Below are positions 39,194 to 53,500 of a stretch of 64,000 bases of DNA, one piece after another. The translations under genes and the position numbers were made by a program. Every line of letters starts with the position of its first letter. Positions within the stretch are counted from its first letter, which is position 1. Origin of the DNA: Nageia nagi (lineage: Eukaryota > Plantae > Pinophyta); assembly GCA_050084985.1 (NCBI GenBank), contig JBITNC010000001.1:146630001-146694000 (forward strand). Reading direction: 5' to 3'. The notes beneath the pieces were generated by a model. That model ran no database searches. It was not told the DNA's origin and worked only from the letters and a program-made list of their open reading frames with translations.

Positions 39194-42100
39194 AGAACAC
39201 CATTAGACAACATAATTTTATGCATGGTTTCAAAAAATTATGTGTAGGTTAATTGATTTGAAATTTTCAAATCAATTAAAATATGTAATTGTATGCTATT
39301 TTATTTGAAAGTTTTAAATTAGTTTTCAATTATTGTTAGATATTAGAAAAGTGATTACAAAATATGTAGTTTAAATATTTTTGTATTTGAATGATCATTT
39401 TTTTATTAATAATATTTTTTCATATAATATGTTTCAACTTTCACGTAACAATTATGATTATGTTAGGTTGTTTATTGTCATGGACCACTTGTTGAGCTCC
39501 TAGGATTTGTGGTGATAAAGGCAAACCTAGACATACTTATGTTTTATGAGATATTATACTTCTATTATATGAAGTAATGATTAATATCTTAGTAAGGATT
39601 TAAAATCATTTATTGTGCAGAAATGTTGTTAGGTATTAAGTTTTGACTAATACTTGGGAGAGTATTATTATTTTAAAATAATATTAAGATTCATCATACT
39701 GAAATAATAAGTATTAATATTTAATGGGTGATTATATATTAATAGTTTTATATTAATCAATATTTAAATTAGATATTTAAATATTCAAAATGAAAGATTT
39801 AAATATTCAAATTAAGGATCTTTCATTATTTGGTGTCTCGTTAAATTGCCATTATAGCATGCAGGATGTAATTAATTTAGACCAATATTTAATATCCTTC
39901 TCTCCTTGGTGGATACAACGTGGAGTTGTGCAGGAAAGTTACATATATCAAGCATGACTAAAATAGAAAAAAATATCCTAAGTTTAGAAGAGGAGTTATG
40001 GGAGAAAATATGGGAGACATATTTTATATGAAGGAGAAGTTAGAAGGATGACATACTTCATCTTGCATCCTCCATTTTTTATTTTATAGCAGAATGAAGA
40101 AAAATACGAGTGAAGAGAATGCATCCAGGTAGAAAGAAGAATGTCATTAGATTTAGCATGGATTTTACATTTGGAAAACCCAAATTACACTATCTTGCAT
40201 GGATTTTAAACTTCTATTTAATTTTAGAAATTATTCTTTAAAGATAGATTTTTGGGTGTCCTTGTTCATGATTGAAAAGATTTGAGGAGAAGAGGGTTTT
40301 ATTTTTGTATGATAATATATTTTTGAATGCTAATCATGTTTTAAAAAAGCACCCATAATTTATTCAAATTTGTTGGGTTGTTTATTTGATTTAATGGGTA
40401 TCCAAAAGATATTACGAAATGTGAAAATTCATTATATTTTAAAACTTATATCTGATAGAAGTTTTTAGTAGTTTTGAGGATGAATTTTGTAGACTTAAAA
40501 TGAATGACATATACTTAATATAAGTATTCAAACTTCACATTATTCTAAGGATTTTTGAATAAAATTTCCAACAATATAAAGAACATGGAATTTAATTAAG
40601 TATAGCAAAAGTTATTGATATCCAAAAATAGTAGTTTAGTGTTCTTGCAATGTGTTTGAAATTACTACAAAAGTTAATTTTTAGGCTTGTAGTAATGTTG
40701 TTTAGATGCTCATACAGGATACTATGTGTTTGAAATGTATTTATATCATTTGTTACAATTCTTGTCCTTTAGTATTGTAACTACTTGAAAAAAAGGGGTT
40801 TTTGGTGTATTGTTTGGCAAAATGACTTTATATATTTGTTCTTATTTGTTAAGAGAAAACATAGTTTTTTTCAAAGAAATATTTGTATTAGTGATGATGG
40901 TTAGCCTCCAAAAATATTATAATACCCCATTTTACATCAATTGTAATCAAAATTGAAAACAATTTATTATTGCAAAAGGTGTAGTGGGTTTTGTGTGTAG
41001 CTAATTCTTTATCAAAGAGATTAAATTGTGCATTTTAAAAGGCTATAGTTTTTGTATCACTATTTGGTTGTTTATGTACTTTGCTCCATTGGAAACACCT
41101 ATCATTTCTCTTTCCAATGATATACAACTTGTCTAAATTGGATTTGTTTAATTCTTATTGTAGGAATCTCAAATACCTTTTTGCTTTTAGATTATTTTTA
41201 GTCTTTCCAAAACTATCAAAAGGAGGCAAGTTGACATTGTACATTGATTATAACTTTTGATGTATATCTTTAATATCTAGAAGTATTATGTCATTTGCAA
41301 GTATGTTTTAGATACTATTCAAAATGTAAAAATATTTAAAATTAGAGTTTGAATATTTCCTTAAATCTGATCTACAAAAATAGACTCTATGAAGATTATA
41401 AAAGAGAGCATTAAACCTTTTTATTAGTTGATAGTAACTTACTATTATTATTGTATTAAAGGATAATATGGATACATGGATGCATTTATATGGCTGAAGC
41501 AAGTAGTTAGTGTTACTAACTAATATGAAAACAACATAGGAAAACAAGATGAAATTATTATTGAGAAACTTGTATTATTGGTTGAAATACATTCATAATA
41601 TCATACATATTGTCTTATTTGGACTTATTAAGTTTCTTATTTTTAACATATGTGCCTATTTTATAATAGTATACACTGTAAAATTTTAAAAGTTAATATC
41701 TTAATAAAGACTTGCATACTATTTATGTTTTTTCATTTGTGATACTATCATGATATCTATGGCTGATATATGTTATGGCATACTTTCATATTGTATGGTA
41801 TACAAATATTTATGGATATTTATTTCATAGTAGATTAGTGATGCACTTTGTGTAGTAATATGAGTTTAGCATTTTTACATCATTTTCTACTTACATGTAG
41901 TTTATTTATAGAAATTTGTACTAGTGATGCTTATATCATAAAGATGCATTTTAAGTATTGAATAGGATATTGATATGCTCTTGAATTGGGGGTTATTTGA
42001 GTAAAATATCTCAATATGGTATAACATAGGATTAATGCAATGATTATGTTGGCACAAGTTGTTTAATGTTGGTTATTATTATGACTTCTTAAGATAATAA

Positions 42101-42859
42101 AGCAAATTGACATGCATCTAATGGTAACATAGTCAAGCTCATGGTGTTAGCTTGATGCTTATACTTTGACTAGTTATAGGGTATATATATGAATGATGAT
42201 CATTTGGTGCACGATGGATCATTTTGTGTTGGAGACTTAGTACTTGATGTTGCACTTATAATGGATTAATGATACCTTGTATTGTTTATATTAAATTGGT
42301 TTGTTCTATGTTATTGGGTAACTGTAAATGGTATTTTATGCATTGTTGAAAATTTCCTTGAAATATATATGATGTATGAGATCACATATTGTACAAAATC
42401 AACTATTTGGTTATATGGTACATGGATAAGATCATGAAGATCTTGATTTAGTTGTAACTAAATATTGAGTAAGTATGTACATGTTTTAAGATAAGATTTG
42501 TAATATTTGTTATGGTTAATAATAAAATATTATTAGGTAGCATAGCTACTAAGGGTTTACCTAGAGGGAAAACATCTAGGGTTTTTCACAAACATAGCTC
42601 AAACTTTTGTGTTATGGGAATGCCTTGATGATTGGTTTGTTTTGCTTCAATTATTTTAAAAATTTGTATGATTATCATGATTAATGGATATGTATGAGTA
42701 AAATAAATGATTATTTGGTTTCAATCAATATGAATTCATGGTAAAATTTTACTTTATGAGAAATAAATCAAAGGCAAATGAACCTTATCACCAAATGTTT
42801 GACCAAAATTTAGTGGTGAAAAGAAACATTTTATGGTTGAGATTTTTAGTTTCTTACAT

Positions 42860-42871
42860 TGGTATTAGAGC
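42860..42871 (+). other. tRNA-iMet primer-binding-site-like motif of a decayed LTR element (twin at 51807-51818)
   Basis: tggtattagagc (canonical tggtatcagagc with one C>T) immediately after ...ttcttaca. Confidence 0.55.
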
Positions 42872-45800
42872 TTAAATTAAAATGCTTGTACCAATTGGGC
42901 TAACTAAATTATGTAAGTATGTGATAGGTTTAGTTATGATTGATGATGCATACATGTATGAACATCCTGAAGAGAAGATTGTAAAATATTTATTTTCATT
43001 TCTTGCTTTGATAAATTTTACATGTGGAGTGATCTTTACAATTACATTTCTCAATATTATTTAGCCATATTTTGACTAGAAGCTAAATTTATGGTTATCC
43101 TTTCCTATATAGAATGAATGGATTATTTGTGAAATAAAGTAATACATAATTATATGTTGATAGCAATGTTTGATGTTGATAATAAAAATACTTTGCATCT
43201 GATTTATTTAAATAAATAAGGCTATACTAATGATAGTGCTATAAATTTTAGGAATATAAGGAAGGTATATTCTTCATATGTTGAACTCTTGTTAATTTTA
43301 TTTATTGAAATGAATGGGTAAAGTTGAGAGGTTGCATAGCACTAAGAGATTGGACTTAGAAATATAACTTTGAGTAATTATAAAATATTGAATATTTGGG
43401 ATGAACTAACATTTGATATCAACATTTCTATTAAAATAGTTTTTTATCCAATGATTACTTTAGCAAAAGAGGTTACAATGAAGGTTCACAATTTATCTAA
43501 AAGATAAGATGTAAATAATGACTTATGGTAATTATTTATCAAAATAAACAATTAGATGTTATTAGCATATAGTTGTAACAACATTTTAAGAAACCTCATG
43601 GATAAAAGATGAAGTATATTCTTTATAAGTTGTTAATTTTATTGTGAATTGTTAAATATAATTAGTGTATTTACACTTGTAAGTTAGATTTAGGTATCTA
43701 AATTTGAACTAGTATTTTTGTTAATGCTTGTACTTTTGTAAAAGCATTTTGATATTATCTTTTTGGATTATTTTCTAAATTGGATATACAAAAATGATAA
43801 TGGCTACCTAAATAGTGTATGATATGATTATGTTGGTTTCCAAATGACAAGAAACTACTAGATGTTATCAAAACAAAGAATAAGTATAAAGGATCTCATT
43901 GGAATACATATCAAATAGGAAATTATTTCTATGAGGAATAATGATACTTGCTAGATTTATAATTAAAAGGGTAAATGCTGATTTAAAAATATTTGCATCT
44001 AGGATTGATGATTGAGAATCATAAGGATCAGATGTAGGATAAATGTTGATTTAAAAGCATTTGCATCTAGGATTGATGATTGAGAATCACAAGGATCATA
44101 TGTAGAGTTCATGAATGGTCATGCTCTCTAAGTGAAGTTATAATAATGTAGGAGAAATTTCTAATTAAGATATATTGGAAATTAATCCATTCTTCTCTTC
44201 CTATAGATTGCATAATTGTTAAGAAAATTATTACAATATTAGTTTGCTATCATTATGAAACTTATTATTATAAGAAACTTATATATATTATGAATGTGTT
44301 TAAAACTTATACTATATTATATATTATGTTAAAAACTTATGATTTGCTATCATTCTTTTATTTTTTAAAAAGTAGGGCTTTATCTTATTATCTTGATCTG
44401 TTCATGTAATATTACTTCTATAATATTATTATTTTTCTTTTTGCACCTTCAATTGATATAAGAGCCTACGGTTGGCTAGGTGAAGCAAAAAACTAGGAAC
44501 AAGAGTAACAAGGTAAGATAAATCTTAAATTTATTCTCCATCAATTTCTATAATTTTGTAACGAATTGTTTATTTTATAAAAAAAGAATTTTTTTTTTGA
44601 TAAATAAATGTATAGGACTCCCTTTTCTTCTTTTTTTGAGATATATCTATTTTATTTACAAAAGATCCCTATTTTTTAATATATGATTATTTATTTTTAA
44701 TTTCAATAATTTTATTCTTTTAATTTCATGTCATATATATATACAAAAAAATTTTAAATACTATCTATTTTTTATTAAAAAGTATGTACATCATGTAGGA
44801 ACATAGCCCTCGAGGCCTATGCCTTACATTAATTAGGTCATATAGGGGTATAACCTAGGTGGGAGCATACACCATACCAATAAGGGAAGTGACACCTTAT
44901 CACTCAACTTCCCATAGGGAAAGTCATTTGAAGTCCACCTTAATGGTGAGATTTGGGATCTAGCTAGGGAAGTCGATAGAAATAAAATTGGTTTCAATAG
45001 AGATTAACTATCCTCCATTTCCAGCTCATTAAATCATATGGGTACAATAGATATCTATAAAAGTGGGGGGCTTGGAAGCCTAGAATGTTGTAGATATTGA
45101 TAGAATAACATTGATTGTACATAATTTGATTTTGTTATGGTTTGAATTATGAATCCCATATTCACTCAACCTTTTATCATGTTATCCTATAATTGGACTT
45201 GGTAAACGAGGCCTTAGCTTAACCTCACTGGATAACCTAGTAAACATTCCTTAACATATAGATATATATTTTGAGGTGGTAAAAATGTAAAGTGTAGAAA
45301 TAATCTTATACACCACTAAGTTATAAGAGATTCCCCTACTTTATGGTTAAATGGCTTATTTGTATAGTGATAAAAGTATCTGCTAGAGAAATGGGTTTCA
45401 AATCCTCTTTTTAGTTTGACTATAAAATCATAGCTACTCCTAAAACACATTTTTTATGATTGAGAGATCATTCTGTAAGCAATAATTGATCTTCAAAGAT
45501 TTTTTTTTAAAATGTGTTTAGGTGGGATGTGGATTTCAAATACTTTTTGTAGCCTTGTCTAGTTATTCATTGGAGATTCATCTCTCATAGTCTATATCAT
45601 TGCATAATTATAAAATTTTATATATTAAATAATTATATAGTAATAAAAAGTTTTTTGGGACCCCTTTGAAAATCCACTATTTAAGTATTATATATTTAAA
45701 AAAACCATATGGAATAATAATTATTTATACCAACTGGACCATAAAAATAAATAGAAGAATAAGTCTTTTTATATTGAGTTCTTGATACCATTTTGCAAAA

Positions 45801-46079
45801 ATAAAAATAAAAAACAATTTAATATATTGATATCTTTTTTCAAATTATTAATCATTTAATCAAATTCTATGTATTTATGTAAAATGAATAATATAATAAA
45901 ATTTTGAAATATATACACATTGTTAATATACCTCTTCAAAACTATTAAAAATAAAATATATGTAAGGAATATAAATATTATATTTTTAAAAAATTAATTA
46001 TAATTAATAATTACATTTTGGTATAAATTTTAAAAAACTTTATTACAAAACTAAAATTAAAGAAGGTTTAAGAGAACTA

Positions 46080-46365
46080 GATGACAGACATGTCAAACAC
46101 GTTATGGAAGGTGCCCGCCATAGTATTTGCAATCTAAAACTGTGGATATATCTCAACAGTTTTTTGAATACTTGCAGCGGATGATGGTATCACCTTTAGC
46201 ACATCCAAGAAAGATTCTGTGGAAAGGAATGAAGCATATTCATAGCTGTTGGAAATTGGAGAATATAAAAAGTTTTGAAAATTCTATCGGTTGAGACTAC
46301 GAAAATCCATCCGTTGGCGATCAGAGGAGATGAGTCGTTTTGGAAAATCTATCCATTGTAGATCG
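46080..46365. promoter_or_regulatory. MSA-like cluster, copy 4 (partly mutated)
   Basis: ccgttggcg at 46311 is intact; the others read gctgttgga, tcggttg and ccattgta; gtgcccgcc is retained. Confidence 0.4.
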
Positions 46366-47070
46366 TAAAATATAATGAAGGGTTTTCCAGTTATGAATGT
46401 GCCTTCTAATTCATACTTTCTAACTAATCATTTTCTTTCTCCTTTCGCTTTCTATGTTTGTGCGATTTGGAGAATAGAGCTTCTAGGAAGGTGAACCTTG
46501 CAGATATGATAAGAAGAGAAGGTGACTGAACAAGAGAACACTTCAATTGCCATCATATGTTCTGCATACCATGCCTACTGGAAAGTGTCTTGCATTTCAA
46601 CTATCCATTTCATAGTAAAGCTGCTACGCTGGGAAGGAGAACTGTGACTGCATATTTATAGCATATATCTAGCGCATCATCAGACAAGAATCCCGTGGCT
46701 ATCTCTGAATGTTAAAGGATATTCTTTTAAGGTATTTTCATGTTTATTGGCTGCGATACTTAGTGTAATATTGTACAGTTTGTTTCTGTGTAATTTATAA
46801 CTTTTTAATTCCTTAAGATTTTAGTTTCTCAAAATTTAAAGTATGAAAACTGTCAATACCATATCATTCTTTGAATTTCAATAGTGTTTGGGTTGAAATG
46901 TTATTAGATTCAATATATTCACTTTGGATAGCAAGTGAAGGCAGATGTAAAGGACATATGTAGGTAGTGGGTGTACATAATATTTTTGTTAGGTTTTAGA
47001 TTGCAAGAACCCTAGTTTCCAGCTAGTGTATAGAATGACGATTCAAGGTAGTTGGGGTTTCTGAAGGTTT

Positions 47071-47555
47071 TGCACTCCAGAGTTACTGTTATGCACATCA
47101 TAGTGTAGGAGTTGAGGCCCAAGGTGGACTCATCCAAATGGATGTTGGATTCCTCATCATCTCATGCCTGATGCTCATCCATACATGGTCATATTTCTAC
47201 ATCTCTTCAACGGATCTTAGAAATAATACTCTCCAAATGGGCTCACTTGTCCTGTGCTGACATTGCCCAAGGCATGTTAAGTAGTATAATGTAGACTAAG
47301 GTATCCTGCAAGTTAGATGAGGGTAGATAATATCATCTTTCATCACGAAGTTGACCTTGCGCTTCATCTTGTTCGATATAGAGTATCGAACCCGGAACCT
47401 TGTAACTGCCCTTCCAACATGAAAAGCAGCATCGTCTTCCCAATGCCCTATGGTCCTAACAAGGCAAGAACCTCACCAGGGTACACTATTCGTGTAATAC
47501 CATTATGTATCATTTTCTCCATGGGCACCGTTCCTCGCTCTTCGATATCCTCAAA
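47071..47555 (-). pseudogene. ABCG pseudo-exon, copy 4
   Basis: Reverse complement of copy 1: PGEVLALLGP*GIGKTMLL, DDIIYPHL, SIRHEMMRNP; cag acceptor at 47556-47558. Confidence 0.88.
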
Positions 47556-50500
47556 CTGTCAACAAAAAAAAAATTAAAAACCTTGATACGAAACAGAACA
47601 TTAACATATCTTATTGAGGATCTTAAGAATGCTTTTTCTTGGACCATAGTCCACATAACATTAGACATCATAGTTTCATGCATAGTTTTAAAAAGTTTAT
47701 GTGTAGGTTATTTTATTTGGAATTCTCAAATATTTTATTTTTGAGTTTTAGATGTACGTTACATATTTTTATATTTTGACAAATACATTTTTCATATTCT
47801 TTACACTTGGGATCCTCTTTGACTAATGATATGTAGGAAGAGATAGGCTAAGTGTAAATACCCTTATCATATTGATGTGTACTTTATTTGTAAAACATTT
47901 GTATCTTTGATCCTCTGTCATACATAACATATGTGAAAAGATAGGTTGAATGCTAGTAAACTTGTGTATAGACATCCTTAGGCCTTAAGCATTTAGGGTC
48001 TTCTTTTATAAAAATCATATAGAAATTGGTGTCTATAGTATAAATTACATTGGCATATTAACTTTTCATATTTGAGGTATCATTTTACACCTGGAAAATA
48101 TTAAGGACATCATGAAATGTAAATTGTCATTATAGATTAGTGATTTTTTATCATGATGAGAATAAATATGTAGTTACACATGTAATTCTTTTCCTTTGAA
48201 GATCATTCTTTGAACAATATGAAGGTAAAGAATATGGGAATCTATGAATGACTCCTTCTTTTTCATATGGGTCCATGAGGAATGTGCAAATGAGCATGTA
48301 TGTATGAATGTTTTTTTTTTATCTAGTATCAATGGTTAGATATACCATGAAAAATTATATTTTGAGGTACGTCTAAAGAAATGTCTCATTTATAAAAAGA
48401 GGTGCATTACCTTTCTAAGGAATTATGATACATTTTATAAATTAAAATAAAAATACTAATAAATTATTGATTTTTCAACCTTAATAGAATTAACTTCTAA
48501 TAGATAATAATTCTAAATTTTCTAAACTGATTCTTAGTTCCCTCTAAAATTTTAACAATATCTTTATATCATGAACAAAAAAAACTTATGTAAATCACAT
48601 AGAGAAAAATGCTTTAGCTATGAATATAATGATAAACCTCTTAGCTATAAGATACATCAAATTGTTGATAAGAGACTTGTATAAGAATGCATGAATAAAA
48701 GGAGAATTTTTTTTTTTCTCAAATTATAACATACAACTTTTCAAGTATCAACTCATTTTGTATAATATTTCACCTAGCTCACTCATATCAAACGCATTCA
48801 TAATTATAATTTTAAATTTCTATAAGAAGTTAGTAGAACTTATTATTTAGATATTACATCCAATATATAGATGAAATGATAATCAACTTCATACTTAGGC
48901 TTTTTTGTTCCTATGGATAATCCATACATAGAAAGTTGAATAAGTTTTATTCATCTTCTTCATAGATTTTACATAGTATGATGTTCTCTTGAGAAGTCCT
49001 TGGGTCTTATTTTTCTTTATTACTGGATTACAACCTTTTCAATTTTTTTAAGTGGCATCTTGTAGGATATTGCTTTCACTAGTTCTTATTTGACTTTTTA
49101 TTTGAACCCTCAACTTTATTTCTTTTTCTTTCCTTTATTTGAAAAAGAAACCATCAAATCTTTCCTTTTATATTCATGGATATTAATGTTATAAGTCATA
49201 TTTTACTCCAACATTTTTTAGGCTTCACATACTACAGATTAAGTGGTTTAATATTACTTCAGTTATACGAATAACCCATTGAAAATTTATATAAATTATT
49301 TACATACATGATATCATGCTAGCTCACGTTCTCTCTACATATAATGGATTTCTTATTTGATTTAATGGGTATCCAAAACATATTACAAAATGTGAAAATT
49401 CATTATATTTTAAAACTTATATCTGATAGAAGTTTATAGTAGTTTTTAGGATGAATTTTGTAGACTTAAAATGAATGACTTAACTTAACATAAATATTCA
49501 AACTTCACATTATTCTAAGGATTTTTGAATAAAATTTCCAACAATATAAAGAACATGGAATTTCATTAAGTATAACAAAAGTTATTGATATCCAAAAATA
49601 GTAGTTTAGTGTTATTGCAATGTGTTTGAAATTACTACAAAAGTTAATTTTTAGGCTTGTAGTAATGTTGTTCAGATGCTCATATAGGCTAATATGTATT
49701 TGAAATGTATTTATATCATTTGTTACAATTCTTGTCCTTTGGTATTGTACTTACATGAAAAAAGGGGTTTTTGGTGTATTGTTTGGCAAAATGACTTTAT
49801 ATATTTGTTTTTATTTGTTAAGAGAAAACATAGTTTTTTTCAAAGAAATATTTGTATTATAATGATGGTTAGCCTCCAAAAATATTATAATACCCCATTT
49901 TACATCAATTGTAATCAAAATTGGAAACAAGTTATTATTGCAAAAGGTCTAGTGGGTTTTGTGTGTAGCTAATTCTTTATCAAAGAGATTAAACTATGCA
50001 TTTTAAAAGGCTATAGTTTTTGTATCACTATTTGGTTGTTTATGTACTTTGCTCCATTGGAAAAACCTAACATTTCTCTTTCCAATGATATACATCTTGT
50101 CTAAATTGGAGTTGTTTTAATTCTTATTGTATGAATCTCAAACACCCTTTTTACTCTTAGATTATTTTTAGTCTTTCCAAAACTATCAAAAAGAGGAAAG
50201 TTGACATTTTACATTGATTATAACTTTTGATGTATATCTTTACTTTCTAGAAGTATTATGTCATTTGCAAGTATGTTTTAGATACTATTCAAAATGTAAA
50301 AATATTTAAAATTAGAGTTTGAATATTTTCTTAAATCTGATCTACAAAAATAGACTCTATGAAGATTATAAAAGAGAGCATTAAACCTTTTTATTAGTTG
50401 ATAGTAACTTACTATTATTATTGTATTAAAGGATAATATGGATACATATATGCATTTATATGGCTGAAGCAAGTAGTTAGTGTTACTAACTAATATGAAA

Positions 50501-53500
50501 ACAACATAGGAAAACAAGATGAAATTATTATTGAGAAACTTGTATTATAGGTTGAAATACATTCATAATATCATACATATTGGCTTATTTGGACTTATTT
50601 TCTTATTTTTAACATATGTGCCTATTTTATAATAGTATATGCTGTAAACTTTTAAAAGTTAATATCTTGATAAAGACTTGCATACTATTTATGTTTTTTC
50701 ATTTGTGATACTATCATGATATCTATGGCTGATATATGTTATGGCATACTTCCATATTGTATGGTATACATATATTTATGGATATTTATTGCATAGTAGA
50801 TTAGTGATGCACATTGTGTACTGATATGAGTTTAGCATTTTTACATCATTGTCTACTTACATGTAGTTTATTTATAGAAATTTGTACTAGTGATGCTTAT
50901 ATCATTAAGATGCATTTTAAGTATGGAATAGGATATTGATATGCTCTTGAATTGGGGGTTATTTGAGTAAAATATCTCAATATGGTATAACATAGGATTA
51001 ATGCAATGATTATGTTGGCACAAGTTGTTTAATGTTGGTTATTATTATGACTTCTTAAGATAATAAAGCAAATTGACATGCATCTAATGGTAACATAGTC
51101 AAGCTCATGGTGTTATCTTGATGCTTATACATTGACTAGTTCTATGGTATATATATGAATGATGATCATTTTGTGTTAGAGCCTTAGTACTTGATGTTGC
51201 ACTTATAATGGATTAATGATACCTTCTATCATTTATATGAAATTGGTTTGTTCTATGTGATTGGGTAACTGTAAATGGTATTTTATCCATTGTTGAAAAT
51301 TTCCTTGAAATATATATGATGTATGAGATCACATATTGTACAAAATCAACTATTTGGTTATATGGTACATGGATAAGATCATGAAGATCTTGATTTAGTT
51401 GTAACTAAAGATTGAGAAAGTATGTACATGTTTTAAGATAAGATTTGTAATATTTGTTATGGTTAATAATAAAATATTATTAGGTAGCATAGATACTAAG
51501 GGTTTACCTAGAGGGAAAACATCTAGGGTTTTTCACAAACATAGCTCAAACTTTTGTGTTATGGGAATGCCTTGATGATTGGTTTGTTTTGCTTCAATTA
51601 TTCTAAAAATTTGTATGATTATCATGATTAATGGATATGTATGAGTAAAATAAATGATTATTTGGTTTCAATCAATATGAATTCATTGTAAAATTTTACT
51701 TTATGAGAAATAGATCAAAGGCAAATGAACCTTATCACCAAATGTTTGACCAAAATTTAGTGGTCAAAAGAAACATTTTATGGTTGAGATTTTTAGTTTC
51801 TTACATTGGTATTAGAGCTTAAATTAAAATGCTTGTACCAATTGGGCTAACTAAATTTTGTAAGTATGTGATAAGTTTAGGTATGCTTGATGATGCATAC
51901 ATGTATGAACATCCTGAAGAGAAGATTGTAAAATATTTATTTTCATTTCTTGCTTTGACAAATTTTATATGTGGAGTGATCTTTACAATTACATTTCTCA
52001 ATATTATTTAGCCATATTTTGACTAGATGCTAAATTTATGGTTATCCTTTCCTATATAGAATGAATGGATTATTTGTGAAATAAAGTAATACATACTTAT
52101 ATGTTGATAGCAATGTTTGATGTTGAGAATACAAATACTTTGGATCTGATTTATTTAAATAAATAAGGCTATACTAATGATAGTGCTATAAATTTTAGGA
52201 ATATAATGAAGGTATATTCTTCATATGTTGAACTCTTGTTAATTTTATTTATTGAAGTGAATGGATAAAGTTGAGAGGTTGAATAGCACTAAGAGATTGG
52301 AATTAGAAATATAACTTTGGGTAATTCTAAAATATTGAATATTTGGGATGAAATAACATTTTATATCAACATTTCTATTAAAATAGATTTTTATCCAATG
52401 ATTACTTTAGGAAAAGAGGTTACAATGAAGGTTCACAATTTATCTAAAAGATAAGATGATCATGACTTATGGTAATTATTTATCAAAATAAACAATTAGA
52501 TGTTATTAGCATATACCTGTAACAACATTTTAAGAAACCTCATGCATAAAAGATGAAGTATATTCTTTATAAGTTGTTAATTTTATTGTGAATTATTAAA
52601 TATAATTAGTGTATTTACACTTATAAGTTAGATTTAGATATCTAAATTTGAACTAGTATTTTTGTTAATGCTTGTACTTTTGTAAAAGCATTTTGATATT
52701 ATCTTTTTGGATTATTTTCTAAAATGGATATACAAAAATGATAATGGCTACCTAAATGGTGTATGATATGATTATGTTGGTTTCCAAATGACAAGAAACT
52801 ACTAGATGTTATCAAAACAAAGAATAAGTATAAAGGATCTCATTGGAATACACATCAAATAGGAAATTATTTCTAAGAGGAATAATGATACTTGCTAGAT
52901 TTATAATTAAAAGGGTAAATGTTGATTTAAAACTATTTGCATCTAGGATTGATGATTGGGAATCACAAGGATCAGATGTAGGATAAATGTTGATTTAAAA
53001 GCATTTGCATCTAGGATTGATGATTGAGAATCACAAGGATCATATGTAAAGTTCATGGATGGTCATGCTCTCTAAGTGAAGTTATAATAATGTAGGAGAA
53101 ATTTCTAATTAAGTTATATTGGAAATTAATCCATTCTTCTCTTCTTATAGATTGCATAATTGTTAAGAAAATTATTACAATATTAGTTTGCTATCATTGT
53201 GAAAATTATTATTATAAGAAACTTAATTATATTATGAATGTGTTTAAAACTTATATAATATTATGTTCAAAACTTATGATTTGCTATCATTATTTTATTT
53301 TTTAAAAAGTAGGGCTTTATCTTATTATCTTGATTTGTTGATGTAATATTACTTCTATAATATTATTATTTTTCTTTTTGCACCTTCAATTGATAGAAGA
53401 GCCTATGGTTGGCTAGGTGAAGCAAAAATCTAGGAACAAGAGTAACAAGATAAGATAAATCCTAAATATATTCTCCACCAATTTCTATAATTTTTGTAAT

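Larger units (their letters stand above)
37345..39478 (-). repeat. Old, diverged copy (copy 3) of the monomer core
   Basis: aactagatgacaaatgtgccaaacac... is colinear with 55011-56760, but most CpG has become TpG/CpA and several segments absent from the other copies are retained. Confidence 0.9.
40381..49355 (+). repeat. ~9 kb direct tandem duplication, unit A
   Basis: ttatttgatttaatgggtatccaaaa at ~40382 and ~49352; ORF-track twins 41308/50278 and 42882/51829. Confidence 0.92.
44150..49355 (-). repeat. Amplicon monomer copy 4 (truncated, inverted)
   Basis: Reverse complement of ~2590-8770 with an ~800 bp deletion at 47780. Confidence 0.9.
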
